A DNA stretch of 64,000 nt from Bacteroidota bacterium. Its GTDB lineage: Bacteria; Bacteroidota; Bacteroidia; J057; JAJTIE01. The position numbers were made by a program, and so were the translations under genes. This document shows, in pieces, positions 46,929 to 54,779 of the stretch. The stretch covers positions 19,173 to 83,172 of the forward strand of contig JAHBTG010000001.1 in the NCBI GenBank assembly GCA_019638695.1, in the 5' to 3' direction. Positions within the stretch are counted from its first letter, which is position 1. The number at the start of each line of letters is the position of its first letter. The notes under the pieces are model-generated. The model was given only the letters and a program-made list of their open reading frames with translations. It did no database searches and was not told the origin of the DNA.

Positions 46929-48092
46929 TCAGGCCGCAGCCTTCCACAAGATGCTGAGCAGCACTGCTGTAAAGCTGAAGGGGATCAAGTACTTCCAGCA
47001 CAGCGTCAGCAACTGGTCTGCCCGCAGGCGGGGCAGCGTCCACCGCACCCACATCATAACCCCCACCAGCAGGGTTCCTTTTAGCAGGAGCCAGAAAGCG
47101 CCCCACAAGCCGGAGGCTATACTGCCCGGTGCACCCGTGGTAAGCGTAGCAAACTGCAGGTTGGAAAGCAGGGTGAGCCCATCCAGCGCAAAAGGATCTA
47201 TGCCCGGCGGCAAACTGGTGATATTGGGCAGCGGGGTATTCCACCCTCCGAGGAACAGAATCGCGGCCAGCAACGAAAGGAGCAACATCATGGCATATTC
47301 CGCCAGCATCAGCACGGCAAAACGGAAACCGCTGTATTCTACATGAAAGCCGCTGACCAGTTCACTCTCTGCCTCGGGTATATCAAAAGGCGCCCGGTTG
47401 GCCTCGGCCAATGCGGTGATGAGGAACAGGACAAAGACCGGTATAAGATGAGGATACTGAAAAATGCTCCAGGCAAACACCCCTCCCTGTGCAGTCACCT
47501 CCACCAAGCCCCACAGATATACAGGCCGGGTGGCAAACAATCCCTGTTGCTGCGAGATGATATCCAGGTTCAGCGTACCATAGAGTAACACCACGGATAG
47601 CAGGCATAACCCGGCCGGAATCTCATAGGAAATGATCTGCGACACGGCCCGGAAGCTTCCCAGCAACGCATACTTGCTATGGCTGGCCCACCCGGCCATA
47701 AGCAGGCCGATGACATCTACCGAAATGATGGCCAGCAGGAACAGCAGCCCGGTGCCCGTAATGGCGCCGCCTATACCCGGCGCCCAGGGAATGACGGCAA
47801 AGCCGGTAAACACCGCCACAAATACCACCAGGGGCGCCAGCAGAAACAGCCACTTATCTGCCCCGGCAGGCAGAATGGTCTCTTTCTGCAACAACTTGAG
47901 AATATCTGCCAGGGTTTGCAGCAACCCGTGCGGACCTACTTCTACCGGGCCCATACGGTCCTGTATCCAGGCGGCCACCTTGCGTTCGGCATACACCGCA
48001 AGGAGGGCGAAGAGGGCAATAAAGACCAGGCTGGCGACCAGCAACACAAGCGGCCAGGTGCTAAGGGGCGTATGATGCACCAAGGCGAGCAT
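46929..48092 (-). CDS. nuoH: NADH-quinone oxidoreductase subunit H
   Basis: 387-aa ORF with 'YAERKVAAWIQDRMGPVEVGPHGLLQTLADILKLL', 'SKYALLGSFRAVSQIISYEI', 'NRAPFDIPEAESELVSGFHVEYSG' and 'RWTLPRLRADQL'. No other nuo gene is present in the window. Confidence 0.9.
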   Translation of the reverse strand: MLALVHHTPLSTWPLVLLVASLVFIALFALLAVYAERKVAAWIQDRMGPVEVGPHGLLQTLADILKLLQKETILPAGADKWLFLLAPLVVFVAVFTGFAVIPWAPGIGGAITGTGLLFLLAIISVDVIGLLMAGWASHSKYALLGSFRAVSQIISYEIPAGLCLLSVVLLYGTLNLDIISQQQGLFATRPVYLWGLVEVTAQGGVFAWSIFQYPHLIPVFVLFLITALAEANRAPFDIPEAESELVSGFHVEYSGFRFAVLMLAEYAMMLLLSLLAAILFLGGWNTPLPNITSLPPGIDPFALDGLTLLSNLQFATLTTGAPGSIASGLWGAFWLLLKGTLLVGVMMWVRWTLPRLRADQLLTLCWKYLIPFSFTAVLLSILWKAAA

Positions 48093-48106
48093 GGCCCTGC
48101 AAAGGA

Positions 48107-48868
48107 TTATTTGGGCAGGAAGGTATGGAAAGTATCTCCGCGCAGACCGCGCCGCAGGGTTTCCAGCCCAATGATCTCGCGGGTATTGATATTACCCAGG
48201 TTCACATCGGGGCCCAGTTTTTTAAGGAACCATACCTGCTGATCCTTGCGGGGTGCTTCAAAAAGCAGCTTCTCCTGCGGGATGGCATGGAGAATTTCGT
48301 CGATGAGATCTGTACGCACTTCCCCGGAGGTCTGGAATACCCCGGCAGAGCCGCTTTCACGGGCTTCGGTAATCACCAGCTGTGCACCGGCGTCCAGGTC
48401 GCTCTTGATCTTCTGCACCCATATATAGGGAGCAAACACCTTATTGGCATCCTTGCTGCCCACTTCAGTGATCACATGAAAATCGTCCTTGAACTGGCGT
48501 ACGTATGCGGCCTTCTCGGCATCGGTCATTTCAATGCTTCCGTCAGAGATTTCGATATGACGAATGCCATATTCATTGAGCACTTTGCGGTACTGGTCCA
48601 GCGCTTTGCGGATGGCGAACACTTCAAAAAGGGTACCGCCAAAGTACACTTCCACACCCGCGGCACGGTAGGCGGCGATCTTCTCGCGGAGGTTGGGAGC
48701 AAAGGCGGCGGTAGTCCAGCCGAGTTTGACATAGTCGATATACTCGGCACCCACACTCATCAGGTCTTCGGCTTCGCGAAGTGAGAGACCAGGGTCCAGC
48801 ACCATGGTAAGCCCGGTAACGCGGGGTTTCTGGCTGCGCTGCGGCAGTTGGGGGATATCAAAGTTCAT
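48107..48868 (-). CDS. comA: Phosphosulfolactate synthase (ComA family)
   Basis: 253-aa ORF with 'KPRVTGLTMVLDPGLSLREAEDLMSVGAEYIDYVKLGWTTA' and 'IEISDGSIEM', typical of (2R)-phospho-3-sulfolactate synthase. Its ATG overlaps the stop of the upstream TPR gene. Confidence 0.75.
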   Translation of the reverse strand: MNFDIPQLPQRSQKPRVTGLTMVLDPGLSLREAEDLMSVGAEYIDYVKLGWTTAAFAPNLREKIAAYRAAGVEVYFGGTLFEVFAIRKALDQYRKVLNEYGIRHIEISDGSIEMTDAEKAAYVRQFKDDFHVITEVGSKDANKVFAPYIWVQKIKSDLDAGAQLVITEARESGSAGVFQTSGEVRTDLIDEILHAIPQEKLLFEAPRKDQQVWFLKKLGPDVNLGNINTREIIGLETLRRGLRGDTFHTFLPK

Positions 48869-50283
48869 CGGGGTAGATACTGTGCAATAAGGCGCTGCGC
48901 GTGGGCGTGGTTGCGAAGTTCGGCAAAATATTCAAATACTACAGTATGTCCCGAGGGGTCCAGCAAAAGCGCATTTTCCAGCTGGGTAAATCCTTCTGCA
49001 GTGCGGCCTGCCTGCAGGGCATAGGCAGCATACTGATAGAGCAGATCCGCATCCGCAGGGTTATTGGTGATCCCCTCCAGCAGGAGAGAAAGGGCACGGT
49101 CGGTATGCCCGTCCAGATGAAGCTTCTCTGCCCAGTCCTGCCACAGCTCTATATCATCCGGCACAATCTCAATAGCGGTATTGAGGGCCTCAAACGCACT
49201 CTGAAGGTTACCTACGGCATATTCACACTCTGCCAGGCCCACCCAGGCCTCATAATACTCGCGATAATGCTCTATTGCCTTTTTGTAGTAGGTAATCGCC
49301 AGGAAGTGCTTTTCTTCCGCTTCCAGGGTACTGGCTATGCCATACCAGGCATCGGGAATACCTTCATACAGCTCTGTGACCTTGGTGTAATAGAAACGGG
49401 CGCGCTTGGGCTGCTCCAGCATCTCATAACATTCTGCCAGGCTCAGCATCATGCTGATATCCCTGCCTTCATAGCTGAGCGCTTCCAGGAACATGCGCAC
49501 GGCCAGGTCATAGCGCCCCAGCTCCATCAGTGCAGTGCCTTTGCCGTGGCAGGCGCTGGTAAAATCGGGCTGCAAGGCCAGCGCATAGTCCATAGCCGTC
49601 TGGCACTTCTCAAACAGACCTACCCGCAGGTAATACATCCCCAGGTTATACCAGGCGGCAGCACTGAAGGGATTGGTGTCCAGGTATTGATTGAGAAAAT
49701 GCAGCGCCTGTTCCGGCTGCTGGTTGAGTTCGTAGCAGAACAGGATCTCTGACAGCACAAACTCATACCCCTCATCTTCGTGCAGGGCCTGCTCAAAGGC
49801 AGCTATGGCTTTGGCAAAATCTTTTTCCTGCTGGTGGAGCATCCCCAGCTGATAATAGAGCTCGGCGCGGTCTTCCTGTGTATTCAGGGCGCCTTCCATG
49901 ATCTGAAAGGCCTGGGTGGTGCGCCCCATATGCGAAAGGATACGGGCTTTCTGAGCTATGTATTCGGTATGTGCAGGCATAAGGCCCAGGGCCGTGTCTA
50001 TGGCATCCAGGGCATCGTTCAATTTTCCTTCCTCCAGCAACAGCACAGCCTGCTTGTGGTGCAATCCGGGGTTGACAGGATAGATTTCCAGCGCATACTG
50101 CACCAGGCGGCCGGCTTTCTGGGTTTCCGCATGCAGGCGATAGTAGGCATATATCTCCTCTACTGCGTTAATATCCATGAATATGGGCTGCTGAGCTGCA
50201 ATGCTGGCCTCAAACCGGTCTGCCTGATTACGGGCGCCTTGTTCATCAAACGGCTCGTCCTCGTGCGGGTATCTGTCGTCCAT
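48865..50283 (-). CDS. Tetratricopeptide-repeat protein
   Basis: About 10 TPR-like 34-aa units, e.g. 'AAWYNLGMYYLRVGLFEKCQTAMDYALALQPDF'. The ATG at 50283 is preferred over the TTG at 50325. Confidence 0.75.
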   Translation of the reverse strand: MDDRYPHEDEPFDEQGARNQADRFEASIAAQQPIFMDINAVEEIYAYYRLHAETQKAGRLVQYALEIYPVNPGLHHKQAVLLLEEGKLNDALDAIDTALGLMPAHTEYIAQKARILSHMGRTTQAFQIMEGALNTQEDRAELYYQLGMLHQQEKDFAKAIAAFEQALHEDEGYEFVLSEILFCYELNQQPEQALHFLNQYLDTNPFSAAAWYNLGMYYLRVGLFEKCQTAMDYALALQPDFTSACHGKGTALMELGRYDLAVRMFLEALSYEGRDISMMLSLAECYEMLEQPKRARFYYTKVTELYEGIPDAWYGIASTLEAEEKHFLAITYYKKAIEHYREYYEAWVGLAECEYAVGNLQSAFEALNTAIEIVPDDIELWQDWAEKLHLDGHTDRALSLLLEGITNNPADADLLYQYAAYALQAGRTAEGFTQLENALLLDPSGHTVVFEYFAELRNHAHAQRLIAQYLPR

Positions 50284-50516
50284 GTTCTGTAGCGTAAAGA
50301 TAATAAACTCCGGCCTCCTCCGCAATGCCTTACTGCCCGGAGGTTAAGTTACAGACTCCCTTCCATGCCAGGCACTGCGGGCTTTCCACAGCAGGCTTTT
50401 TGCAACTGTCTTTGTAGATAAAACGCTGTCATAGGTATGATTATTCTACCTAACTTGCTTTTCTATCTTGTCCGCTCAAAAATATTTGCGCACCTAAACG
50501 ACTGATCTTCAGTCCG

Positions 50517-51077
50517 TTAGTACCGGACCTCCCCATTGAGCAGCATCAGCTTGAGGCGCAGAATACCAGCCACCGCCAGCCCGTCCGTAATCTCTCCCCG
50601 GCACACCATCTGGTAAGCCTCTTCAAAGGGGAGTTTTCGCACCTGCAGGTCTTCGCTCTCTTCGGGTGACCATTCGCCTGCTTCCAGGTCTGTCGCCAGG
50701 AACACGTATCCTTCTTCATCGCTCACAGAGTTGGAAAGATGGGTGGTCTGGATCAGCTGCAGGGTGCCTGCGCGCAGACCGGTCTCTTCCTGCAGTTCCC
50801 TGCGGGCACTCTCTTCCAGGGGCACATCCAGCTTGCCGCCGCCCTCCGGAATTTCCCAGCTGTACTGGTCAAGCACATACCTGTACTGGCCCACCAGCCA
50901 GGTATTGCCTTCTGCATCCAGCGGAATAATGCCAATGGCTTTGTTCTTGAAGTGGACCTTGCCATAGATGCCTTTGCCCCCGCCGGGATTGATCACCTGG
51001 TATTCTGTGACCCGGATCCAGGGGTTGTCATACTTAAGTTCGGCGGCAAGGGTTTGCCAGGGGTTCTTATCTCTCAT
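50517..51077 (-). CDS. NUDIX hydrolase (ADP-ribose pyrophosphatase-like)
   Basis: 186-aa ORF with Nudix box 'GGGKLDVPLEESARRELQEETGL'. Confidence 0.85.
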   Translation of the reverse strand: MRDKNPWQTLAAELKYDNPWIRVTEYQVINPGGGKGIYGKVHFKNKAIGIIPLDAEGNTWLVGQYRYVLDQYSWEIPEGGGKLDVPLEESARRELQEETGLRAGTLQLIQTTHLSNSVSDEEGYVFLATDLEAGEWSPEESEDLQVRKLPFEEAYQMVCRGEITDGLAVAGILRLKLMLLNGEVRY

Positions 51078-51107
51078 GCAGCGGATATTACCAAAACAGG
51101 GCTGTCT

Positions 51108-51614
51108 CTAGGGCAAACGGAAGTCCTGGTTGCTCCAGGAAGGGCGGGCAGGCACTTGTATGCGGATGAAATCATGCTTGCTGGCCACATGGCAGTTGTT
51201 GCAGCTTTGCACCACCCGCAGATAGGTGGCGGGCATGGCCTGCCAGTGCGGGCTCTTGAGGCTGTCTGCCAGGCTGTGCAGGACGGGCGTCAGGTGCAAC
51301 CGGAGGTTCCCGGAGATATCCACACCCTCATCAATGACATTGGCGGCCAGGATAGCCTCAGCCGTTTCTTCCAGCTCATGAGCATAAAAACGGGCCAGGG
51401 GTCCGTTATGAGCATCTATAGCCCAATACAGCTTCTCCATATGCTGCTGCAGGCGCGTCATATGCACTGCCAGCTCAAAATCCGCAGCCGGAGCTTTTGC
51501 CTGGGCAGGCGCCTGGCGCACTTCCTCCCGCAGGCGCCATACCTGCATCAGCAGGATACCTGAGAGCAGAAGGGCAACCGCTGTGAGCCATAACAAGGTG
51601 CGCGGGGTTTTCAT
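51108..51614 (-). CDS. Secreted helical protein with C-terminal CxxCH haem-binding motif (class II cytochrome c-like)
   Basis: 168-aa ORF with a signal/anchor 'LLWLTAVALLLSGILL'. It is predicted helical, with a single 'CNNCH' about 25 aa from the C-terminus, as in cytochrome c'/c556-type four-helix bundles. Confidence 0.5.
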   Translation of the reverse strand: MKTPRTLLWLTAVALLLSGILLMQVWRLREEVRQAPAQAKAPAADFELAVHMTRLQQHMEKLYWAIDAHNGPLARFYAHELEETAEAILAANVIDEGVDISGNLRLHLTPVLHSLADSLKSPHWQAMPATYLRVVQSCNNCHVASKHDFIRIQVPARPSWSNQDFRLP

Positions 51615-51635
51615 GGTTCCGTATCCGGTCAGGCC

Positions 51636-51643
51636 GCAAAATT
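51636..51643 (-). promoter_or_regulatory. Candidate -7 promoter box TAATTTTG for the cytochrome-like gene
   Basis: Plus strand CAAAATTA, 22 nt upstream of the ATG at 51614. Confidence 0.4.
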
Positions 51644-51662
51644 AACCCAAAAACCGCCGCAT

Positions 51663-51694
51663 AAAAAAAGCCCGGTAGCTTTGCAGCTAACCGG
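51663..51694 (-). terminator. Probable terminator of the 135-aa CTD-only gene
   Basis: Imperfect stem CCGGTAGC/GCTAACCGG with loop TTTGCA. On the minus strand it is followed by T7 (A7 at 51663-51669). Confidence 0.5.
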
Positions 51695-51794
51695 ACTGAT
51701 TAAAAAACCTACCCTAATAAGTCTTGATGTTCTATGACATGATGTGAAGTCTCTTTATATCTATAACAACTATACGTTGAATTTTGTTCATATA

Positions 51795-52202
51795 CTATCT
51801 CAGCAAAAGAACGGTGCCTACATAATTGAGGGAATCGCCAGATGCCAGCAACCCGCGGAGCCGAAAGACATAGACACCCTCTGAATGCGCACCACCGGGC
51901 CCGTTGCCATCCCAGGGCGTATCCTGGGTGCCGGAATGTACCAGATTTCCCCAGCGGTCAAATACCTGGAGGGTATAGCCCTGGAGATCCTTGCGGGGTA
52001 TAAAACGGTCATTGATACCGTCGCCGTTGGGAGTAAAGACGTTGGCGGTGGCTTTGGGATCTGGCCGGGGGGTAGTATCCTCACCCGTCTGCACCTGCGG
52101 GGCCTGCGCCATGGTCCGGACGACCGTACCCACCAGAAGCAACGCCAGCAACAGCAGGAAAGCCAGCAGGCTGAGGGTCTTATATAATTGGCGGGCAAAC
52201 AT
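51795..52202 (-). CDS. Small protein made of signal peptide, short linker and T9SS type B C-terminal domain
   Basis: 135-aa ORF with hydrophobic N-terminus 'LSLLAFLLLLALLLVGTVV' and a ~20-aa Pro/Thr linker. It then reads 'NVFTPNGDGINDRFIP...LQVFDRWGNLV...WDGNGPGGAHSEGVYVFRL', the same CTD signature as the 1,563-aa protein. Confidence 0.7.
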   Translation of the reverse strand: MFARQLYKTLSLLAFLLLLALLLVGTVVRTMAQAPQVQTGEDTTPRPDPKATANVFTPNGDGINDRFIPRKDLQGYTLQVFDRWGNLVHSGTQDTPWDGNGPGGAHSEGVYVFRLRGLLASGDSLNYVGTVLLLR

Positions 52203-52389
52203 GATTTCAGATGGTTTCTACCCACATAAACGCGCTTGCCAAGCAAATGTTCAACGCGTTTACCCCAACGGTCAGGATTCAGGGGTGAGTGGTCACTGCC
52301 GCCGGAATGCAGGGCCCATCCGCGTCATCCTGAGCGTAGCGAAGAATCCCTACCCTACTGGCACATACAGATATAGCCCGGATTATTTA

Positions 52390-52656
52390 TTTGTACTTTT
52401 TTCTTGATAAAAAAGTACCCAAAAATCAAGGCTGAACCGAAAAGGACGGCGTGTACGGCCTTTCGGCGGCCCAAAACAAACTCGCCCCCTGACAGGGGCT
52501 CAGACAGTGTTTTGGGCTCTTCGCCTGGCAGCCGCTCCCGCGGTTTCGCCCTTTTCGCTTAGGCCGTTCTTTCCCCACAGGGGGAGTGCAAGTAGCCGTG
52601 GCTCCCCCTGTGGGAAAGGAAAAGGCGCTGAGTTTTTATCCGGAAAAAAGTACAAA
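52390..52656. repeat. 267-bp hairpin-rich element bounded by 23-bp imperfect terminal inverted repeats (MITE-like)
   Basis: TTTGTACTTTTTTCTTGATAAAA (52390-52412) matches the reverse complement of 52634-52656 at 21 of 23 positions. The interior holds strong stems at 52393-52418, 52469-52517 and 52569-52618. There is no ORF with coding character. Confidence 0.45.
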
Positions 52657-52763
52657 CCCATTGAACGCGCCTTCACACGGAGGGTATACCTGCTCAGAAA
52701 TCGCCGATACACACCCGGGGCGGCGGCTTCTGAAACGCAACCCACCTTAATCGCAACCGACCC

Positions 52764-53498
52764 ATGAAAACGCCCCTTTTCCTCATCTTGCTCCTGGCCT
52801 GCGGCCAGGGCCTCTATGCCCAGCAACCCAATGGCACGCCGCCCCTCTCTCACCACCCCCGGCCGGAGGACCATATGTCTCGCAGCCGGGTGCTCACCCG
52901 CCTGGACCTCATGGACAAGCTGAACCAGCCGCTAGCCACGGTGCGCGCCCAAACGGATACGCAGGTATATACACAGCCCCGCTACAGCCAGGTGCAGGGC
53001 CTCACCCGCACGCTGCTACAGGTGTGGCTCACGGCCCCACAATCAGGCGAGCCGTTCCCGGGCTATCACCCCAGCCGCCTGGAACAGCCGATCTCCCGCG
53101 CAGAGGTGCGCACCACGCTGTGGGAACGCAGCCCCGAGTATCAACTGGAGGTGTTTAAGGACATCCAGCGCAGTGAGAACCCCAGCCTGGCAGAAGATCC
53201 GGACTCGCTGAACACCCATGAAATGCCGGAGGAAGACCCCTATGCCTATGATTATAACTATGACCTGGTGCTGGACGACCCGGACACAGATGTGCTGACA
53301 GACCCCGCCAGCGCAGGCGCGACCAAAGTGGCCCCAGATTTTGCACCGGGCATGCTCACCGGCACAGATGTGATAGTGGAGTTGGTGGAAGACCGCATCT
53401 TTGACAAGAACAAGGGTACAGAGCACTTTATCCCGCGCTACCTGATCCTGCGCAGCGTAAACGCCCAGGCAGAAGGCAAGAAGACATTGGTGTGGTGA
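52764..53498 (+). CDS. GldN/PorN-like secreted protein, apparently truncated at the 3' end
   Basis: 244-aa ORF with signal peptide 'MKTPLFLILLLACGQGLYAQ'. 'RLDLMDKLNQPL' and 'DRIFDKNKGTEHFIPRYLILRSV' resemble my recollection of F. johnsoniae GldN ('IIDLNERINFPL', 'YFDKRQSELKYRLLGICPV'). The ORF stops where GldN continues for ~60 more residues. Confidence 0.55.
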   Translation: MKTPLFLILLLACGQGLYAQQPNGTPPLSHHPRPEDHMSRSRVLTRLDLMDKLNQPLATVRAQTDTQVYTQPRYSQVQGLTRTLLQVWLTAPQSGEPFPGYHPSRLEQPISRAEVRTTLWERSPEYQLEVFKDIQRSENPSLAEDPDSLNTHEMPEEDPYAYDYNYDLVLDDPDTDVLTDPASAGATKVAPDFAPGMLTGTDVIVELVEDRIFDKNKGTEHFIPRYLILRSVNAQAEGKKTLVW

Positions 53499-53535
53499 AA
53501 AACTTTCCGCTGGGAAAGATGTGCGCGAACTGTAG

Positions 53536-53697
53536 CCCAGATATCAGTGGAAGAACCCACACAATGATGCCGAAATGCGCACGGCGCTGGACATGCTGGA
53601 GACCCGCCAGTATGCCGATACGATCCTGAACATCCGCGGAGAAAGCCTGGACAACCTGCCGCTGGCCCAGCAGCGCAGAGACCAGCTCACGGAATAA
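53536..53697 (+). pseudogene. Out-of-frame 3' fragment that looks like the missing C-terminus of the GldN-like gene
   Basis: The +1 frame reads 'PRYQWKNPHNDAEMRTALDMLETRQYADTILNIRGESLDNLPLAQQRRDQLTE*'. It has good coding character and is followed by a terminator. It is separated from the 244-aa ORF by a frameshift near 53490 and an in-frame TAG at 53533. Confidence 0.4.
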
Positions 53698-54775
53698 CCG
53701 ACACCACCTCTGGACATACTAGACTACAGCGGCCCTGATCAACAATCAACTCACGCTGCACCTGAGACCCCGGCCACAAGCCGGGGTTTTTTGCTGAAGG
53801 GAGGTATATGCTTCCTATGCCTGCACCACGCAGCCTCTCCATCAGCTGCACAAAGGGGCTGGTATTCTGCATGATGTAATAATGCAGGTGCATATACCCG
53901 GCTTCCATGAGGCCAATGGACTGGCGGTGCGCCCATTCGATGCCCACCTGGCGCACCTCGCGGTCGTCCCGGGCCGCCATTATGCGGTCCACGAGCTCAT
54001 CGGGGAGGTCGGTATGGAAGATCTTGGGCAATACCGTGAGGTGCTCCCGGGTGGTAAATATCTTGAGGCCCGGGATGATGGGCATGGTAATGCCGGCAGC
54101 CCGTGCGCGTGCCACAAAATCCAGGAAGTGGTCGTTGTTATAAAAGAGCTGCGTCACGGCATAATGCGCCCCGGCATCCTGCTTGCGCTTGAGGATATCA
54201 ATGTCAAAATTGACATTGGGTGCTTCGAAATGCTTTTCCGGGTAAGCGGCTACCCCTATGCAAAAATGCGTGGCATCTGCGTCTATCAGCTCATCCAGGT
54301 ATTTCCCCTGGTTCATGGCAGATACCTGACACACCAGGTCCAGTGCATATTTGTTGGCACTGCGCCCTTCGCGGATGGGTTTGTCATACTTGCTGTCTCC
54401 CCGGATCAGCAGGAGATTCTCCACGCCCAGGTAGTTCAGCTCGATCAGCGCGTCCTCCGTTTCCTCCCGGGTAAACCCGCTGCACAGGATATGCGGCACG
54501 GGGTCTACATTATATTTATACTTGATGGCGGCGCAAAGGCCGAAAGTGCCCGGGCTTTTGCGCTTGACGATCTTGCGATACGTACCATCTTTCATCTCCT
54601 CCCACATTACCTCTGCGCTGTGGCTGGTGACGTCTATAAAGGGGGGATTAAAAGGAATGACGGACTCAATGGCATCCTGGATGCGCTGAAAGCGGGCTCC
54701 CCGCTTGGGGGGAATGATCTCCACACTCACGCGCAGCTGGCCAGCATTCTGGACCAGGTGTTCGGTGACTTTCAT
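53687..54775 (-). CDS. metF: Methylenetetrahydrofolate reductase
   Basis: 'MKVTEHLVQNAGQLRVSVEIIPPKRG', 'FIDVTSH', 'PHILCSGFTREE' and 'GVENLLLIRGD' are typical of the Bacteroidota-type MetF. The last ~45 aa of the 362-aa ORF lie beyond my recollection of the usual C-terminus (about 318 aa in Bacteroidota homologues) and may not be genuine. Confidence 0.85.
   Translation of the reverse strand: MKVTEHLVQNAGQLRVSVEIIPPKRGARFQRIQDAIESVIPFNPPFIDVTSHSAEVMWEEMKDGTYRKIVKRKSPGTFGLCAAIKYKYNVDPVPHILCSGFTREETEDALIELNYLGVENLLLIRGDSKYDKPIREGRSANKYALDLVCQVSAMNQGKYLDELIDADATHFCIGVAAYPEKHFEAPNVNFDIDILKRKQDAGAHYAVTQLFYNNDHFLDFVARARAAGITMPIIPGLKIFTTREHLTVLPKIFHTDLPDELVDRIMAARDDREVRQVGIEWAHRQSIGLMEAGYMHLHYYIMQNTSPFVQLMERLRGAGIGSIYLPSAKNPGLWPGSQVQRELIVDQGRCSLVCPEVVSVIP
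53767..53792 (+). terminator. Rho-independent terminator (plus strand)
   Basis: Stem ACCCCGGC/GCCGGGGT with loop CACAA, followed by T6. It lies 70 nt after the stop at 53697 and inside the 3' extension of the opposite-strand metF ORF. Confidence 0.65.
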
Positions 54776-54779
54776 AAGG

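Noticed and set aside
53488-53535. Programmed +1 frameshift at 'TGG TGA A' in the GldN-like gene (prfB-like).
   Set aside because: The +1 frame hits an in-frame TAG after only 12 more codons (53533). A single programmed shift therefore cannot restore the full protein, and decay or sequence error is more likely.
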